Source: Takakia lepidozioides (Eukaryota; Plantae; Bryophyta). Taken from it: a stretch of DNA of 64,000 bases. Position numbers and translations under genes: made by a program. The stretch spans positions 16,988,001-17,052,000 of the forward strand of contig CM060733.1 in NCBI GenBank assembly GCA_030704615.1, written 5' to 3'. Under the pieces are notes generated by a model that ran no database searches, was not told the DNA's origin, and worked only from the letters and a program-made list of their open reading frames with translations. Each line of letters begins with the position of its first letter. Position 1 is the stretch's first letter. Of the stretch, positions 12,301 to 24,268 are shown one piece after another.

Positions 12301-14406
12301 ATGACGAGGCGTCGTTTGTTGGAGAACACAGGGCCAAGGCAGCAGGTGAACGCGGAGACTATTTCAGAAGAGCAGACGGAGACTGAGGCAGCGGCTGTGA
12401 CACAATCGGCGATAAGAGTGCGCCAGCCTGTGGAGGCAGAGATGATTCGCAGGGACACTGAAGGAGGTGGAAGCACGCGGAACGCCGAACCGGGAGAAGG
12501 TCCAGAAACCCTAGAGCAGACATAAATTCCAGCAGATGTGAGAGGGAAGAGGAAAGCTGCAGAAGGGGATCCAATTTCAAAACCTAAGAAGGCGCCAGTA
12601 AGTTTTATCTAACTTACATTTCATTGTTGAAGATATGCGTAGAGATTGAGTGGAATGTCCCAGACAGGGATTGTCGTTACCGACCATCACAACGGTGATT
12701 TGCTTTCTACTCCTCTGCTAAGGGTTTACCGCACAATGAGTGGGTGACTATCGGTACAGTCATTCACTGTTGTTCAGATCATACAGTCTGTCTGATTGCC
12801 TTTCAAGGAGTCCTTCCTCTTCCCTTCTTTAGCAGGAACTACTGAATTGCGAGCGTCGTTAACGCCATTCGATTATCCTCGTGAGATTTATGTACCTATG
12901 TGTTTGAAGAGAGAGTGAGGGTCGGCATACCGTCAATCATCGTTGTTTACAGTCTGTCTGATTGCCTTTCAAGCAGTCTTTCCTCTTCCCATGCTGGCGA
13001 CGGTAATCACAGTGGAGTCAATCTGAATAATCTGCACTTACTGTCCGCCCTAAACTTTACTGAATGTCGTTGCCGCCAATCAGTTGCACATAGATGTCAT
13101 TACACAACACCGATCCGGCAGGTCGTTATCTTTTGTGATTGTCGTTAACGCCGTTCGCTATCGCTCTCGCTTTTGTTTTGAATACGGCAGTATCAGCTTT
13201 GCTTGCGTAGATTGTGCTGAATTGTTTCACACCATTCATAGTGAGTTTCTTTGAGACAGAGTGATGGTCGTTACCGCCATTCACTATTTGCAAATTACTC
13301 GGTCAGAACTGAATGGCATCGTGCAAAAAACTGTGAGGTCGAAGCCTACAGGATCAGAGGGAAAAGGATCTGGAGATGGGGACGAGTCCGCAAAAAGCTC
13401 AGAGAATACAGATGAAGCAGATGAATCTGAAGTGCACTACCTTGACAAGGTGAAAGAACTCATATCATTCCAGAAGGTAAACTCTCAGGAGGTTATAAGG
13501 GACATGCTCGTATCTAGAGGGCGTCTGGACATCCCTCTGTGCCGGATGATATCAATGCCTGTTGTGCATCCACCTCTTTCCCATGACATAACAAAATTGG
13601 AGAGTGATTTTGTGCATGGATATAGATTTGGTGCACAAGTTTTTTATGTGTCACTGACGGATATAAATGGGAAAAGCACAGAGATCAGTGATAACTGGGA
13701 TGAGTGCTGGAAAGATACCAATGAGGAGTTCGAGCTGGGCCTCATGATGAGAAAGAACACCCAACAATTCTGCAACCACATGTTCTACGTCTGGGACGGC
13801 AACCACCGATTGCTGGCATGGATGGGATACATTCAGAAACACCATGCGAAAGACAAAGACAAGCATGTTGTTGTGGAGGCAATGGTTTTGGATCCTGGAA
13901 ATGACATCGCTAGGCTTCTTACAGCTATGCACGACGTAAACAAGTAAGTCATCCAAGAGATTTCATTCCCTCTGTAGTGTCTTATTAATCCTCAAAAAAT
14001 AGTGTTAAGGAATGCAATGTTTCCAATGTTTTTGCAGATCGACAGAGAAATCGCATGTGACAACAAGCTTGGTTCACACACTATTCCGAATTCAAAGGAT
14101 TGGTCTGATGAAGCTGGATGATTTTCGGACAGTACTACCACCCAATATCATCAAGAAGTGCGAAACAGGAAGAGCTGCAGGCACTTGGTATTCTTTGACA
14201 CGAGAGGCGTTTCTAAAGTACATGTATGCGGTAAGCCCAAGTCTGTACTCTGTTTACTTTTTGAATACATGTTTGTAGTCCCTTCGGAGCTAATCACTAC
14301 TTGAATCAATGCAACAAGAACTGGCAGAGGCAGCTGAGAAAGGAAAATAGATCCTGGACTTGGTCCTGAGTTCCTTCAGCAGATCAAAACACACTATGAC
14401 AAGCAT
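12301..14406 (+). pseudogene. Spliced gene 5' half encoding a ParB/Sulfiredoxin-like domain
   Basis: Exon ~12301-12597 is low complexity with a frameshift. The exon in 13261-13943 reads RLDIPLCRMISMPVVHPPLSHDITKLESDFVHGY...FYVWDGNHRLLAW...MHDVNK|gtaagt, containing the ParB/Srx box V.DG.HR. Further exons ~14038-14230 (ag|..MYA|gtaagc) and ~14315-14406. Confidence 0.7.
12660..13285. repeat. Degenerate copies of the same GAATGTCGT..ACGCCATTC palindrome in the first intron of the ParB-like gene
   Basis: For example 12855 gtcgttaacgccattc, 13061 tgaatgtcgttgccgccaatca, 13137 gattgtcgttaacgccgttc, 13261 gtgatggtcgttaccgccattcac. Confidence 0.7.
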
Positions 14407-15734
14407 GTGGGGACTAAACTTGACGGTGCAGCATTGGACCTGGTCGTGGATCATTTCTCCACTTTAAGTTCACCTAACATTCGGCATCAGATCAATGCAT
14501 TGAGAATGGGCTCTGGGATCAGAGGCTACATAGACAATATTTTGGAATTGAAACGAGTGAGCAAGTACGATTACATCCAGGACAATGTATTCCCAGGTCA
14601 AGGTGCCATCAAAGTTTTTCTTTTCAAAATGTCGACTGTTGGGGAGGGCAGTGGGGTTAGCCTCGTGAAGCGGATGCAGAAGACTGGGGACTTGCAGAAC
14701 TGTTTTCTTATGTTTGATCATGTGAAACGAGTGAAGGATTGGACGACAATGGCTTGTCATGTCTACGATCCAGTGTACCAAGGAGTTATGACAATTGCAG
14801 TTTGTGACATGCAATTCGAGGATACGGAATCCCAGAAGCTCATGTGGAATTCCCTGATACGTGTCATGGGCTGCCATCTCCAAATTTTGCAGGTTTCATG
14901 GCGAATAGTGCTCAAGCAATTTTCAATGCTGTTCGTATTGTCTTCGGATCGGGCGACCCAAAAGTGCCTATGCCAGGAAGAGAGCGTACATGTCTATTCC
15001 ATTGGACACAATCTCTGGAAAAACATACAAAGTCAGACATCAAACCAGAGATGCAGACTCAGCACCGTAAATTGTGCAAAGAGTACAAAGATGCTAGAAC
15101 AATGAAGGAGGCGGACACTTTGTTCCAGACAATTCGTGCCTGGTGGTTCTCTTCTGAAGCTGCATCACTTGAGAGTATGAGAACATTGGAAGATTGGCTG
15201 GCGTTTTGGCACTTCCGGTATAGACAGTGGGGAGCAGCCATGACAATGGTACGAGGCTTCTATTTCATGCTTTATTCATACATTTGCTTTCCATATTTTT
15301 GACTCATTGCTTTCTTTATGTTGTTTCCTGTGCACTGTTCTGAAGTGTGGTTATCTTCTTTGCAGAACATGTCCATTGAGGAAATGGCGGACATGCCATC
15401 TTGCAATTTGGCAGAAACTGTGCACAACGCATGGTTGCAGCAGTCTGGGAAACGAGGTCGGGATTTGTATGTGGCAACAACAGATGATTTGATACGTGCC
15501 TTGCAACAACAAACCCGATACCGTGATTTCTTACGAGGTGGGGTTGGTGGCAAGGGTCCGGACAAATGTGAGTTGATGTTGCGTGCTGCAAACAGATCTG
15601 GGGATCCAATCAAGATAGCACGGGCGGTGAGCATGTATGCCCAGGGAACGCCACTTGTTTCTAGAGTTCCACATCTTGAAGGGGAGGAGAGATTCGGCTC
15701 CTGTAAGAGGAAATTGAACACTCCACGACCATGA
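14407..15734 (+). pseudogene. MULE-type DDE transposase catalytic core (3' part), frameshifted
   Basis: LMFDHVKRV (first D), GFMANSAQAIFNAVRIVFG (second D apparently mutated to N), CLFHWTQS (MULE CxxH), intron ~15249-15365, then SCNLAETVHNAW (E). Frameshift near 14870. Confidence 0.8.
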
Positions 15735-16365
15735 TTTGAAATGTGTAATTCACATCAATTCGTCGGCTGTGCAATGATATGGCCTCCAACTATACGGAGT
15801 GAGCTCTGAGTGACAACTTTTAGGTAGTGCACATTTATCATTGCACCGTTCGAAGTCTACATGTCTTGCTGTCGCTATGCACTACAATCATCTTTTGAAG
15901 ATGATCCTAACTCTCATTGTTATTTGAGGAGGGAGGAAGGTCTTCCCGTGGTAGTCTTTATGGCGCACACTTTGTGAGGATATTTTGTCGTCCTCGTAAT
16001 TGTAAAAGTGAAACAAGCATTTGTAATTGCACAATGTTGGATGCTGCAATTGTAGGCCTCAACGCTCGTCTTGATTCTATTTAGGCAAGATTCCCTGCAT
16101 TAATTCCACGGTCATAGGACCATCCACGGTTATAGGCGGCGCATGTTAATGCTGACGTGGCAGATGACGGACAGTGCCACGTCATCATTTACTGCCACAT
16201 CAGCATGCTGACATGACGCTCACGCCACGTCAGCGTGTGTGCAGGCTCATGCCACGTCAGCTGGCGTAAGCGTACGCTCACGCCACATCACTCCTGCGTG
16301 AGCGTACGCTCGCGCGCTCACGCGCAACGCTCACGCGCAACGCTCACGCCATTGCGTCGTTGCAT

Positions 16366-17151
16366 TGGTTACAGTGGGTCACAAAGGGTTACATGGGTTA
16401 CAGAGGGTCACAAAGGGTTATATGGGTTACAAAGGGTTACATGGAGTGAGGGTTACATAGGGGTGAGGGTGACACTCTGCGGTGTTACAGAGGGATACAC
16501 GGGTTACAGAGGGTTACATGGTGGTGAGGGTTACACCTGGTGAGGGTTACGGAGGGTTACATGGAGTGAGGGTTACATAGGGGTGAGGGTGACACTCTGA
16601 GGTGTTACAGAGGGTTACATGGTGGTGAGGGTTACAGGGGGTTACAGGGGGTTACAGGTGAGGGTTATATGTTGAGGGTTACAGAGGGTCATGGGGTTAC
16701 ATGGGTTACAGAGGGTTACATGGGTTAAGAGGGTCACAGAGAATCACATGGGTTGCAAAGTTTTACAGAGGGTTACATGGAGTGAGGGTTACATAGGGGT
16801 GGGGGTGACACTCGCGGTGTTACAGAGGGTTACACCTGGTGAGGGTTACAGAGGGTCATGGGGTTACATGGGTTGCAGGGGTTGCAGAGGGTTACATGGG
16901 TTACAAAGGGTTACATGGTGGTTAGTGGTTACTGGCGGACTGGTGGAAGCGGCGTACTGGTGTCGCATAACGACGACGCGCCGGGGGCGACGACGCCGTT
17001 GGGATGAGAGCGGGGGTGGGGAGGGATTGACCGAGCCCAGCCGGCTGCCTTTCGATGGCTGCCGGAGGCGGACAACTGGCGGTACGGGGTGTCAGGGCTG
17101 GACCGTCCTGACGCGCTCGCATTAAGTTCTTACATTATTCCTATTATCTTC
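16366..17151 (+). repeat. GGGTTACA-rich tandem array plus conserved ~245-bp terminal module of an unclassified element
   Basis: Dozens of GGGTTACA(T/G) units in 16366-16920. 16909-17151 is nearly identical to 31559-31804 and partly matches 34735-34839. All three end in CCTATTATCT(T/G)C. Confidence 0.85.
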
Positions 17152-17796
17152 CAATTTCAGGGGCTTAATCTTGCCAACGTTGACCAGTTAAAACGTGCCA
17201 TATGGAAAATAGCCACTTTTCTAGCTCTGTCACCTCGATATTCTCGCCACTCGGGCACCGGTTAGAATTCACAGGTGGCCTCGCCAGCGATTTTGGAAAT
17301 ATGAAAAAAGAAACATTGCTCTGAGCCACTCGTGCTGTTTTCCAAATTTCTTCAAAAAAACAGTGTGAATTACACTCAACCCAGCTGCACTTAGACTTGG
17401 AGCAATTAGTGATGTGATGTGTTAAGTAATGGGAGAGGCTAATGATGGCAAAGATTTCAGAAGCAAGGAAGGGCAAGGATTTTCTTCAGATGATTGCTTT
17501 ACACTTTTGTTTCAACCGTGGATATGGAAGAAGAACAACACTGAATCTTTCAAATTGAAGGGCACCACTGGATGGGTGTTTCTAATCGAGGGCACGCTGC
17601 TGACAGACCTACTGATAACTTTTTACATATCCAAAGTGAGCGTTGGATATCCATCGCTCAACGATTTAGCTGCTTGCATCTCGTATGTCCGAGTCTCTGG
17701 ACGATTGTGAAACAAAACCCACAAGATGGAACAATTCCAATTTTGAGGTGTGCTGAGAGAGCTGAAGGTATTCATGCGGGAGAGCTTGAGGCGTCC

Positions 17797-20588
17797 ATGG
17801 CAGCAGTGTCGGTCTCTACTTGGCCAGGCCGCTTGCCAGTGCAGTTCTCATCGCGCCAAAGCTTCTTGCAGTCTTGCTGTTGCAAACCTCTCTCTGCTCT
17901 TATAAGGCACAGTCAGACGAAGAAGATATTAGGTCAATGTCATCCTTGCTTGTTTTGGATGGACCAGGGGCGATCAAGGCTGGTGCAGCCAGTATTTTCT
18001 CAAACCACCCGGGGTGCAACAGGGGGCCAAGGCTTGATTGTTGAGGACGAGGCAGAGCGGCTCCGGCTGGATGCCCAGGCACGCGATGCTATGGCCCAGC
18101 TTGCAAACACTCAGAGCGAGGACGCCCCGGGCGCATGGAAGTGGGAAATTCGCAAGCGTGTGTGGGACCTGTTGGAGGCCGAAAATTTGGCTCGGGACCC
18201 TCGTCCCGTGCACCACCGCATTCCTAATTTTGTGGGTGCCAACGGTGCCGCTGCAAAAGTGAGGAACAATCTAAACCCCCAAACCTCTTGGAGCCTCTAG
18301 TGAATGCCTGACATTTCACGATTCATCATATTTACTTGTAGCTCATCTGAAAATGCCACAATCCTCTGGCTGGGGCCCAAATGGCCTGGGAACTTCACCG
18401 CGTGACGGGCGGCAGTGTTGCATTTAACCGTGAATTGCATATGGCAAAAGAAGATTTTTTCCCTGGACTTTTGATACATCTTTCTTCTTTTCAATGTGGC
18501 GTTTTCTTTATGTCCTGAATATTGCATGCTGCGGCTGTAGGAAGCTCGAGGTGGTGGTGGTGGGTGTTTAGATTTGTGATGCATGGTCTTCTTGGGAATG
18601 CAACAGTTGGCCAGTCTGCCTCTATTTCAAGCTGCCCAATGTGTGAAGGTCAATCCAGATACACCTCAAAAGCAAGTACGCTTGTTGACGTTGAATGGTA
18701 ATTTTCCAGCCTTGCACACTGTGCCTCCAAGCAAGGGTTAGGCATCATGGATGATTTGTTTTTATCGTCGGTAGGCCCCCCACCATCTCATACGGGCAGT
18801 ACTCTAGCAGTGACCAGAGGTAGGGAATGTGTTGTGCAGAAGGCCCAATCTAGATAAGTGTCTTCCTCCTCTTCACTGTGTTTTGCCACAAAGTGAAGAC
18901 CATCAAAGGCAACAATTGAGAATTTTGGAGAATAGAGAGCAGAAGGATTTGGAGACGATGCTTTGCAATGTCAGTGATTTCCTAGACTTGCCAAGTATAT
19001 CTGCAGTATCAAGCTCGTTTGCAGCAGAGCTGGTACTCGAGTGAGCTACTGATTGCTACATTTGTGTGTACTAACAGCTGGCAAAAAGCTGTTGACACCG
19101 CAACCTCGACTGCGAACAGGGTTTTTCTCTGTGCTGGAGGCAGCATCTGTGCCCTCAGTACAAGACGCATGCAATAGTGCTGGTGTGGCCAAGTACGGCA
19201 CACCTGTGGGACTTGATGAAAAATTCAAAGTGGATTTGCTGGTCATTGGCTCCGTAGCTGTGGATCCCACTACTGGCGCACGTCTTGGCAAAGGCGAGGT
19301 ATTGTCTGGCTGATAACTTGCTCTTGGCCTGCAATATGTTTGAAATTTGTCTTGTTTTCTAGTTTGAAAAGTTGAACTTGTTGTCCATTGCACATTTGGG
19401 TTCTGTGCATGGTGGAAATATGCTGAGCTCCGGAGTCGTCGTGCCATAGCCCACACATGCCCTAACAGATGAGAAATGGCTGTCGGGCAGGGTTTTGCAG
19501 AGCTGGAGTATGGTTTACTCCGGTGGATGGGGGCTGTAGATGATTCCACCTGTGTAGTAACCACAGGTTAGTACAGCTTTAACCACAGCTTCTGAATACT
19601 TTATTGTTGCTCACTGATTTTAGAGTAGGTTTTGCTACAAATTTGTCTGAGAAGTATGATATATTCTTGTTGCAAAGGTTGTCAGTTCTGGCATTGACAT
19701 TCCAGTCTGAAGGCCAGGCTAAGGAGCTTTCAGTGACTGCAAATGTCATTCCACCAATGATACTGTATGATCGGCGGCAGTAGCAAACTCTTCCATGTCA
19801 GCTGATGCATCTTATGGGTGCCACTTTTTGTGCATGTTTGTGGTTGGATTCAAGCATTGATCTATGGATGAATGCAGTGCACGACAAGCAACTAGTCAAT
19901 GATATTCCTGTGGAGAAATTATTAATTCATGATGTGCCAGTGGACATCATCTGTACCCCAACACAAATAATCCACACCAACACCTCAATTCCGAAACCTC
20001 AAGGTGTGCATTCATTTGTTGTGGGAACTTGCCAGTTTGTTCTCCTTTGTGGGCATGTGATAGTTTGGAAATTCTCATTCAGAGCAACAACTTTTACATC
20101 ACAATTTCATGTTTTTTAAGGGGGTGTCACCTAATGCAGGCATCTACTGGGACAAGTTGTCACCACAAAAGCTGGAACAGATTAGGATACTGAGGGATTT
20201 AAAGCGCAGAATTGAGAAAGAGACTGGCAAGCGCCTTCCCTCGGGTCCCTCTGAAACACTCCCTCCACTTGCTGCACGAAACAGGCCTGGGAAAGGCCAA
20301 AACAACCCCAGACAACCGACAACCACATCTGGGCAGACTTTGTTCATGTGGAATATCCCTTCTACAACAACTTGGAGACAGGTTCAGGATCACGTGGTGG
20401 AACTGGGAGGGGCAGTCACAAAGGTCAGTCTGTTCAGGAAATCCGGAAACCCAACACAAATGGGCGTTGTATCATTGCAAGAAGGTGCTAATTTGGCAAA
20501 GTTGGTGGAAGATGTGGACAAGTCAATGTTGCAAGGAGCAACTGTGCGCGCCAAAATCGATGGAGCTCCTGATGTAACTACCACTTGA
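17797..20588 (+). CDS. 5-formyltetrahydrofolate cyclo-ligase-like protein COG0212 (MTHFSD-like), with plastid-type transit peptide and C-terminal RRM-like extension; 6 exons
   Basis: [27 protein letters not shown] | [13 protein letters not shown] | [29 protein letters not shown] | GFAELEYG | [18 protein letters not shown] | [16 protein letters not shown] introns; exons approx 17797-18258, 18607-18697, 19078-19298, 19491-19566, 19878-20003, 20140-20588. Confidence 0.93.
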
Positions 20589-20844
20589 ATGTATGTTGTA
20601 CTGCAATATAGTGTACAATCTTGTAACCTCCAATTGTTTTAGATTCTTCCAGCACGTCCAGTTTGTTGCACAGTTCTGTGTGCCAATCAGCAATTTTAAC
20701 CGCCAAGGAGGCATTCACTCAATACCTTAGATAATGTAACCATGTTGCTGGAGCTCTCTACTCTGCAACTGGTGCTTGTAAACAGCTTCAAGCTTCATTT
20801 TCAAATATCTCTCTCCATCTGCCTACATGTTTTTATCATTGAAG

Positions 20845-21930
20845 ATATATTTTAATCTGCCTGTACCTACTCGAAGGGAATAAATACACGAATACAATGT
20901 TTTGCAATCCCTCGCCTCCCTCGCCTCATCTAGGTCAAAGGAGTGATATGTCATCCATCCCTTTATTCATCCAGTGTATATAGGGCAGCCGCCTCTGTGC
21001 CTGCTTCTCTCTTTGTCGCTCGCTGCAGCTGTCCACTTCGTCGGAGTGAAGGTGGGCCTCTAACGTTAGGCCTCAAAATGGCACCTGCATCTCTGCCTGC
21101 GGTTTGTGGAGTGGATGCCGTCGCAGTAAGGTGGGGGTTAAGATGCGGGGATGGTATGGTGGGGCGTGGTGGGCAGGATGGCGGCTTCGGACCTGATCTG
21201 GTTGTTGGTAAAGAGAAACGGAAACGGCAATGCCTCTATGACAACTTGAACACGTTTAGATATGCAGGTACATGCCAAAGATGTTCGCTTAGAAACTAGT
21301 AACATCTGGGTTTCCTGTTTTGCTGTTCTCCCTAGTATGGATCGCCTTGTTGGGTTCCATAGTCCACTTGAGCGTGCTGGACGAAGGATGTAGGTCCCGT
21401 GCAGTGATGAAGAAGGGGGGTTCCGGCTGTATGGCAGGGACTTAGGGTGTCACACTGCTGTCTTTCATGTCTGCAGTCAAATGGTTTGTACCTCTCTGTC
21501 TATCAGGATTGTGACTGGAAGTGCTTGTCTGTGGGAATCGTTCTTCTCAAGTCAAAGTGGGGTGGTTTACGTTGGCCTTCCATGGTCGGCGGGTTTCTCC
21601 TCTGCCTTTGAAAGACTCGACATGTAGTGTTCAGTAGGTTTGCAACCTGCAAACTGTGTCTCCCAAGTCGAAAGAGCTGGGCAATGCAAACCCTAAACGC
21701 GGGTTTGTAAGATGCTGAAGAGATCCGGAGCAACAAATGGTCTCTCAGAATCCTGAATGAGGCACCAAAAACAAAAACAAAAAAAAACAACCGCTTCCAG
21801 ATAGAGCCCTCCTCCCAACCTAGGAACACAGTTTTGGTGTGTTCCACCCCCGAGCTCATGCCGGGATTGAACCCAGCGACTCCTCGTTGGGGCAGCTACA
21901 CGCTGTCCAAGGAGCTATGTCCGTGAGGAC
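20845..21930 (+). pseudogene. Deleted DNA-level copy of the RPL28 locus (promoter, exon 1, intron 1, downstream SINE)
   Basis: [20 protein letters not shown]...NLNTFRYAG|gtacat plus intron 1, homologous to the reverse complement of about 36915-37800, then a jump to the 35550-35795 region. Confidence 0.85.
21745..21930 (-). mobile_element. tRNA-derived SINE-like element
   Basis: Minus strand: A-box-like TAGCTCCTTGG, B box GGTTCAATCCC, followed by a non-tRNA body. Homologous to 35553-35715. Confidence 0.6.
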
Positions 21931-24164
21931 AGTATAATAAGTATAACAATTTTATTTATACACCTAAATTAAACAATTATTTATGGTTTGTGTTCATTAA
22001 TTTATGGCAATCTTCTGAGTTTATTTTTCCTCACTTGCTCTGCTGGAACAGCTTGTCCACCTCTTTTTCCCATTTTCTTTTTCTTTTTCTTTTTCTTTTA
22101 ACAAAATGGTATATATAAGTCGCCTCAGATTGAGCCATATACTTGTGAGACAGTGTATGGGGCTGCAGGTCCCGCAACAAAGCATGGCAACGACTGCCCG
22201 TAGCGCCCTGCTGGAAGAAGTAATAAGAGCAGGCGTGGTGTGCTTGGTGGGATGCGGAGAACCCATAGGAGCCAGCTTAGGAACTTTGTACAGGTTTGTT
22301 CTTCTAACTTGAGAAGAAGGATTCTCTCGGCGAAGGATGGCAACCTTCACTAGAATGGCAGGGCAGTATCCCACCTAAAGAAAATTTGAAACCAGGCTAG
22401 TCAGATCACCCAGTACAGCTTCCCAAATGCTGCATCCCCTGGAACTAATTAGGATATCAGGCGGAATGATGACCCTTTGCGAGAACTGTGCATGCTGAAC
22501 CCTAGACCCCAACACTTGACCCTAGATGCTGCAAACACAAATTGCACTGACAATCAGCCGGGGACTGAATTGCAGTGGTCACACAATTACCCAGTGCCAG
22601 CGTATTACACAGAGCAGAGATAACTATGACTCTTTTAACGGGGTCCCTGCCAGGACAATTGAGGTGATGTAAGAGAAAGGTGCTCATTTCCTCAACCATG
22701 CCAACTGGGCTTCGGTCTTTTGAAGTTGATATGGCAAAACTTGTTTGTTGGCAACATTCTGCCATTGGTGTATCTGTAGGTGCGTCATTGATGATTCAGC
22801 ATCAAACATTCTTTTGCAACACTAGTGGGTAGGGGTGGTATATACCTTCAGAAGAATAGTAAGCAGTTTCTTTTGCAGAGTGTAACGTGAGGTGAATATG
22901 GTTGGCAGATAAGGATGCATGGGGGCTACAAAGACGTTTCTCCACAATTAGGCTGTGAGACAGTTTCCAGAAGATCAAAGCTTGAGCTTGACACTGTGTC
23001 CTTGATGCAGGAACACGGCTGTATGTTCCTTTTGCCTTCTTTGCTTGGTTTTGTCTTGTTTATACCATGCTGACCTTGTTTTGGTGTTTTGGTTTCTCTC
23101 CTTGTCTCACAATCTGTGCATTTCGCATTAGGCCGAAGATGGCTATTATTTTCTAATTCATTGTAATGTGTTCTCTACTGAATGAGTGGCCCACTTTGAA
23201 AGGATCAAATAGACTGTCACTACGCCTCTTTCCGTTCAGTTTGAGAGGCTTGTGACACCATGGGTCTGAGTTTTTGGGGGAATGGTACTCCAAATTGATG
23301 CTAGAGTTGTCCTCTTTCTACCCTTTGGGCGATCATGCCCTCAGTGGTATCTCAAAGCCAAGGTTTTGAGGATGGCTGCAAATGATTACATTCTCTCTTT
23401 GGCCACAAGCCTACAGCATATAAACCCTTTCTCTGCTTGTCTCTGCTTCTCCAAGACCAATTTCTCAGGTGGTTGGATGATGGATGAAGGAGATGGCTTG
23501 TAATTTGTAATTTTTCTGGTTCCATAATGAATCACTATACTCATTAGGCTTTTGCAGGACCAATCTATGGCTCCATGTGAAGAGCATCCATTAGGTAAGG
23601 AAGCTTCACCTTTCAGCTATGGCGTTCTCAGCTCTGGTGGGTTTCCTCTAGGGTTAGCACATTTCTGTCGCACACATTTTATTCATTTTGATAGCACCCA
23701 TCTTTCTCTCTTTCCCCAAAGAAGAGACAATGAAGAGTCTTCATCACCCTTGCGGCACAAGATTCTCGGATCTACTGGCTCCCTGAGCCACACGCAAGTT
23801 CACACTCATATTTCTCTCCCCAAGGTTTAGAGAAGAAGCAGCAGCTCAGGACCTCCCCTTCAACAGGGTTGGTGTTATTTTCTCTCCTAGCTGTGACATC
23901 ACTTTGTAACTGTTATCCACATTGAAGCTGGATCCTGTTTTCATCACATCCTAATTTGTGTCTCCCAAAATGGTCCTTCGGATCTGTTAAACTTTTGGGG
24001 TCATGATTCATCTGTTGTGTGATTTTCTGATTCTTGAAGCTACGAATTGAGAGGCTTGGAGGTAGCAGTGGCTGAGCAACAAATTGAGTAAGGCTTAGCC
24101 AAGGATCTATCCGGGTGCAGAGAGCGAGGTTTGCAGAGGTGTGTGCGTGTGAGAGGTCGCAGCT

Positions 24165-24268
24165 ATGGCGGTGGCCAGGCGAGGGAATCCATTTGTGAAG
24201 TACGGAGTTCCGCTCATTTCTTTCACGGTCTTTGGGTCTCTGGCCCTAGGTCATCTGCAACAGGGCCG
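24165..24268 (+). pseudogene. COX16: Exon 1 of cytochrome c oxidase assembly factor COX16; downstream exons not found
   Basis: MAVARRGNPFVKYGVPLISFTVFGSLALGHLQQGR|gtaaat matches the plant COX16 N-terminus (PFVRYGLPMISLTVFG..GL..LLQG). Transposon DNA begins about 16 bp into the intron. Confidence 0.75.

Larger units (their letters stand above)
6045..16365. mobile_element. Mutator-like (MULE) DDE transposon carrying a ParB-like/amino-methyltransferase passenger gene; internally rearranged; boundaries approximate
   Basis: Transposase pieces (10730-11459 minus; 14407-15734 plus), ParB-like and MTase exons. Both flanks (6045-6165, 16150-16350) share GCGTGAGCG/CGCTCAC and CCACGTCA-rich motif clusters. 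No clean TIR or TSD was found. Confidence 0.6.

Noticed and set aside
7056-14406. Bacterial or phage contamination as the source of ParB and MTase
   Set aside because: Both are split by GT-AG introns and are contiguous with plant TEs and genes.
16366-16920. Interstitial telomere
   Set aside because: Units are GGGTTACA-type, not plant TTTAGGG, and they are tied to a dispersed repeat terminus.
16235-17125. ORFs over the GGGTTACA array (and 4670-5381 over the GGCTGTGAC array)
   Set aside because: Open frames are by-products of stop-poor tandem repeats.
17153-17163. AATTTCAGGGG after terminus 1 is the reverse complement of CCCCTGAAATT after terminus 2 (31804-31814)
   Set aside because: Only 11 bp and absent at the third terminus; cannot be distinguished from chance.
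21855-21930. Functional tRNA gene
   Set aside because: A and B boxes are present, but I could not fold a convincing cloverleaf. Homology with 35553-35715 extends well beyond tRNA length, so it is called SINE-like.
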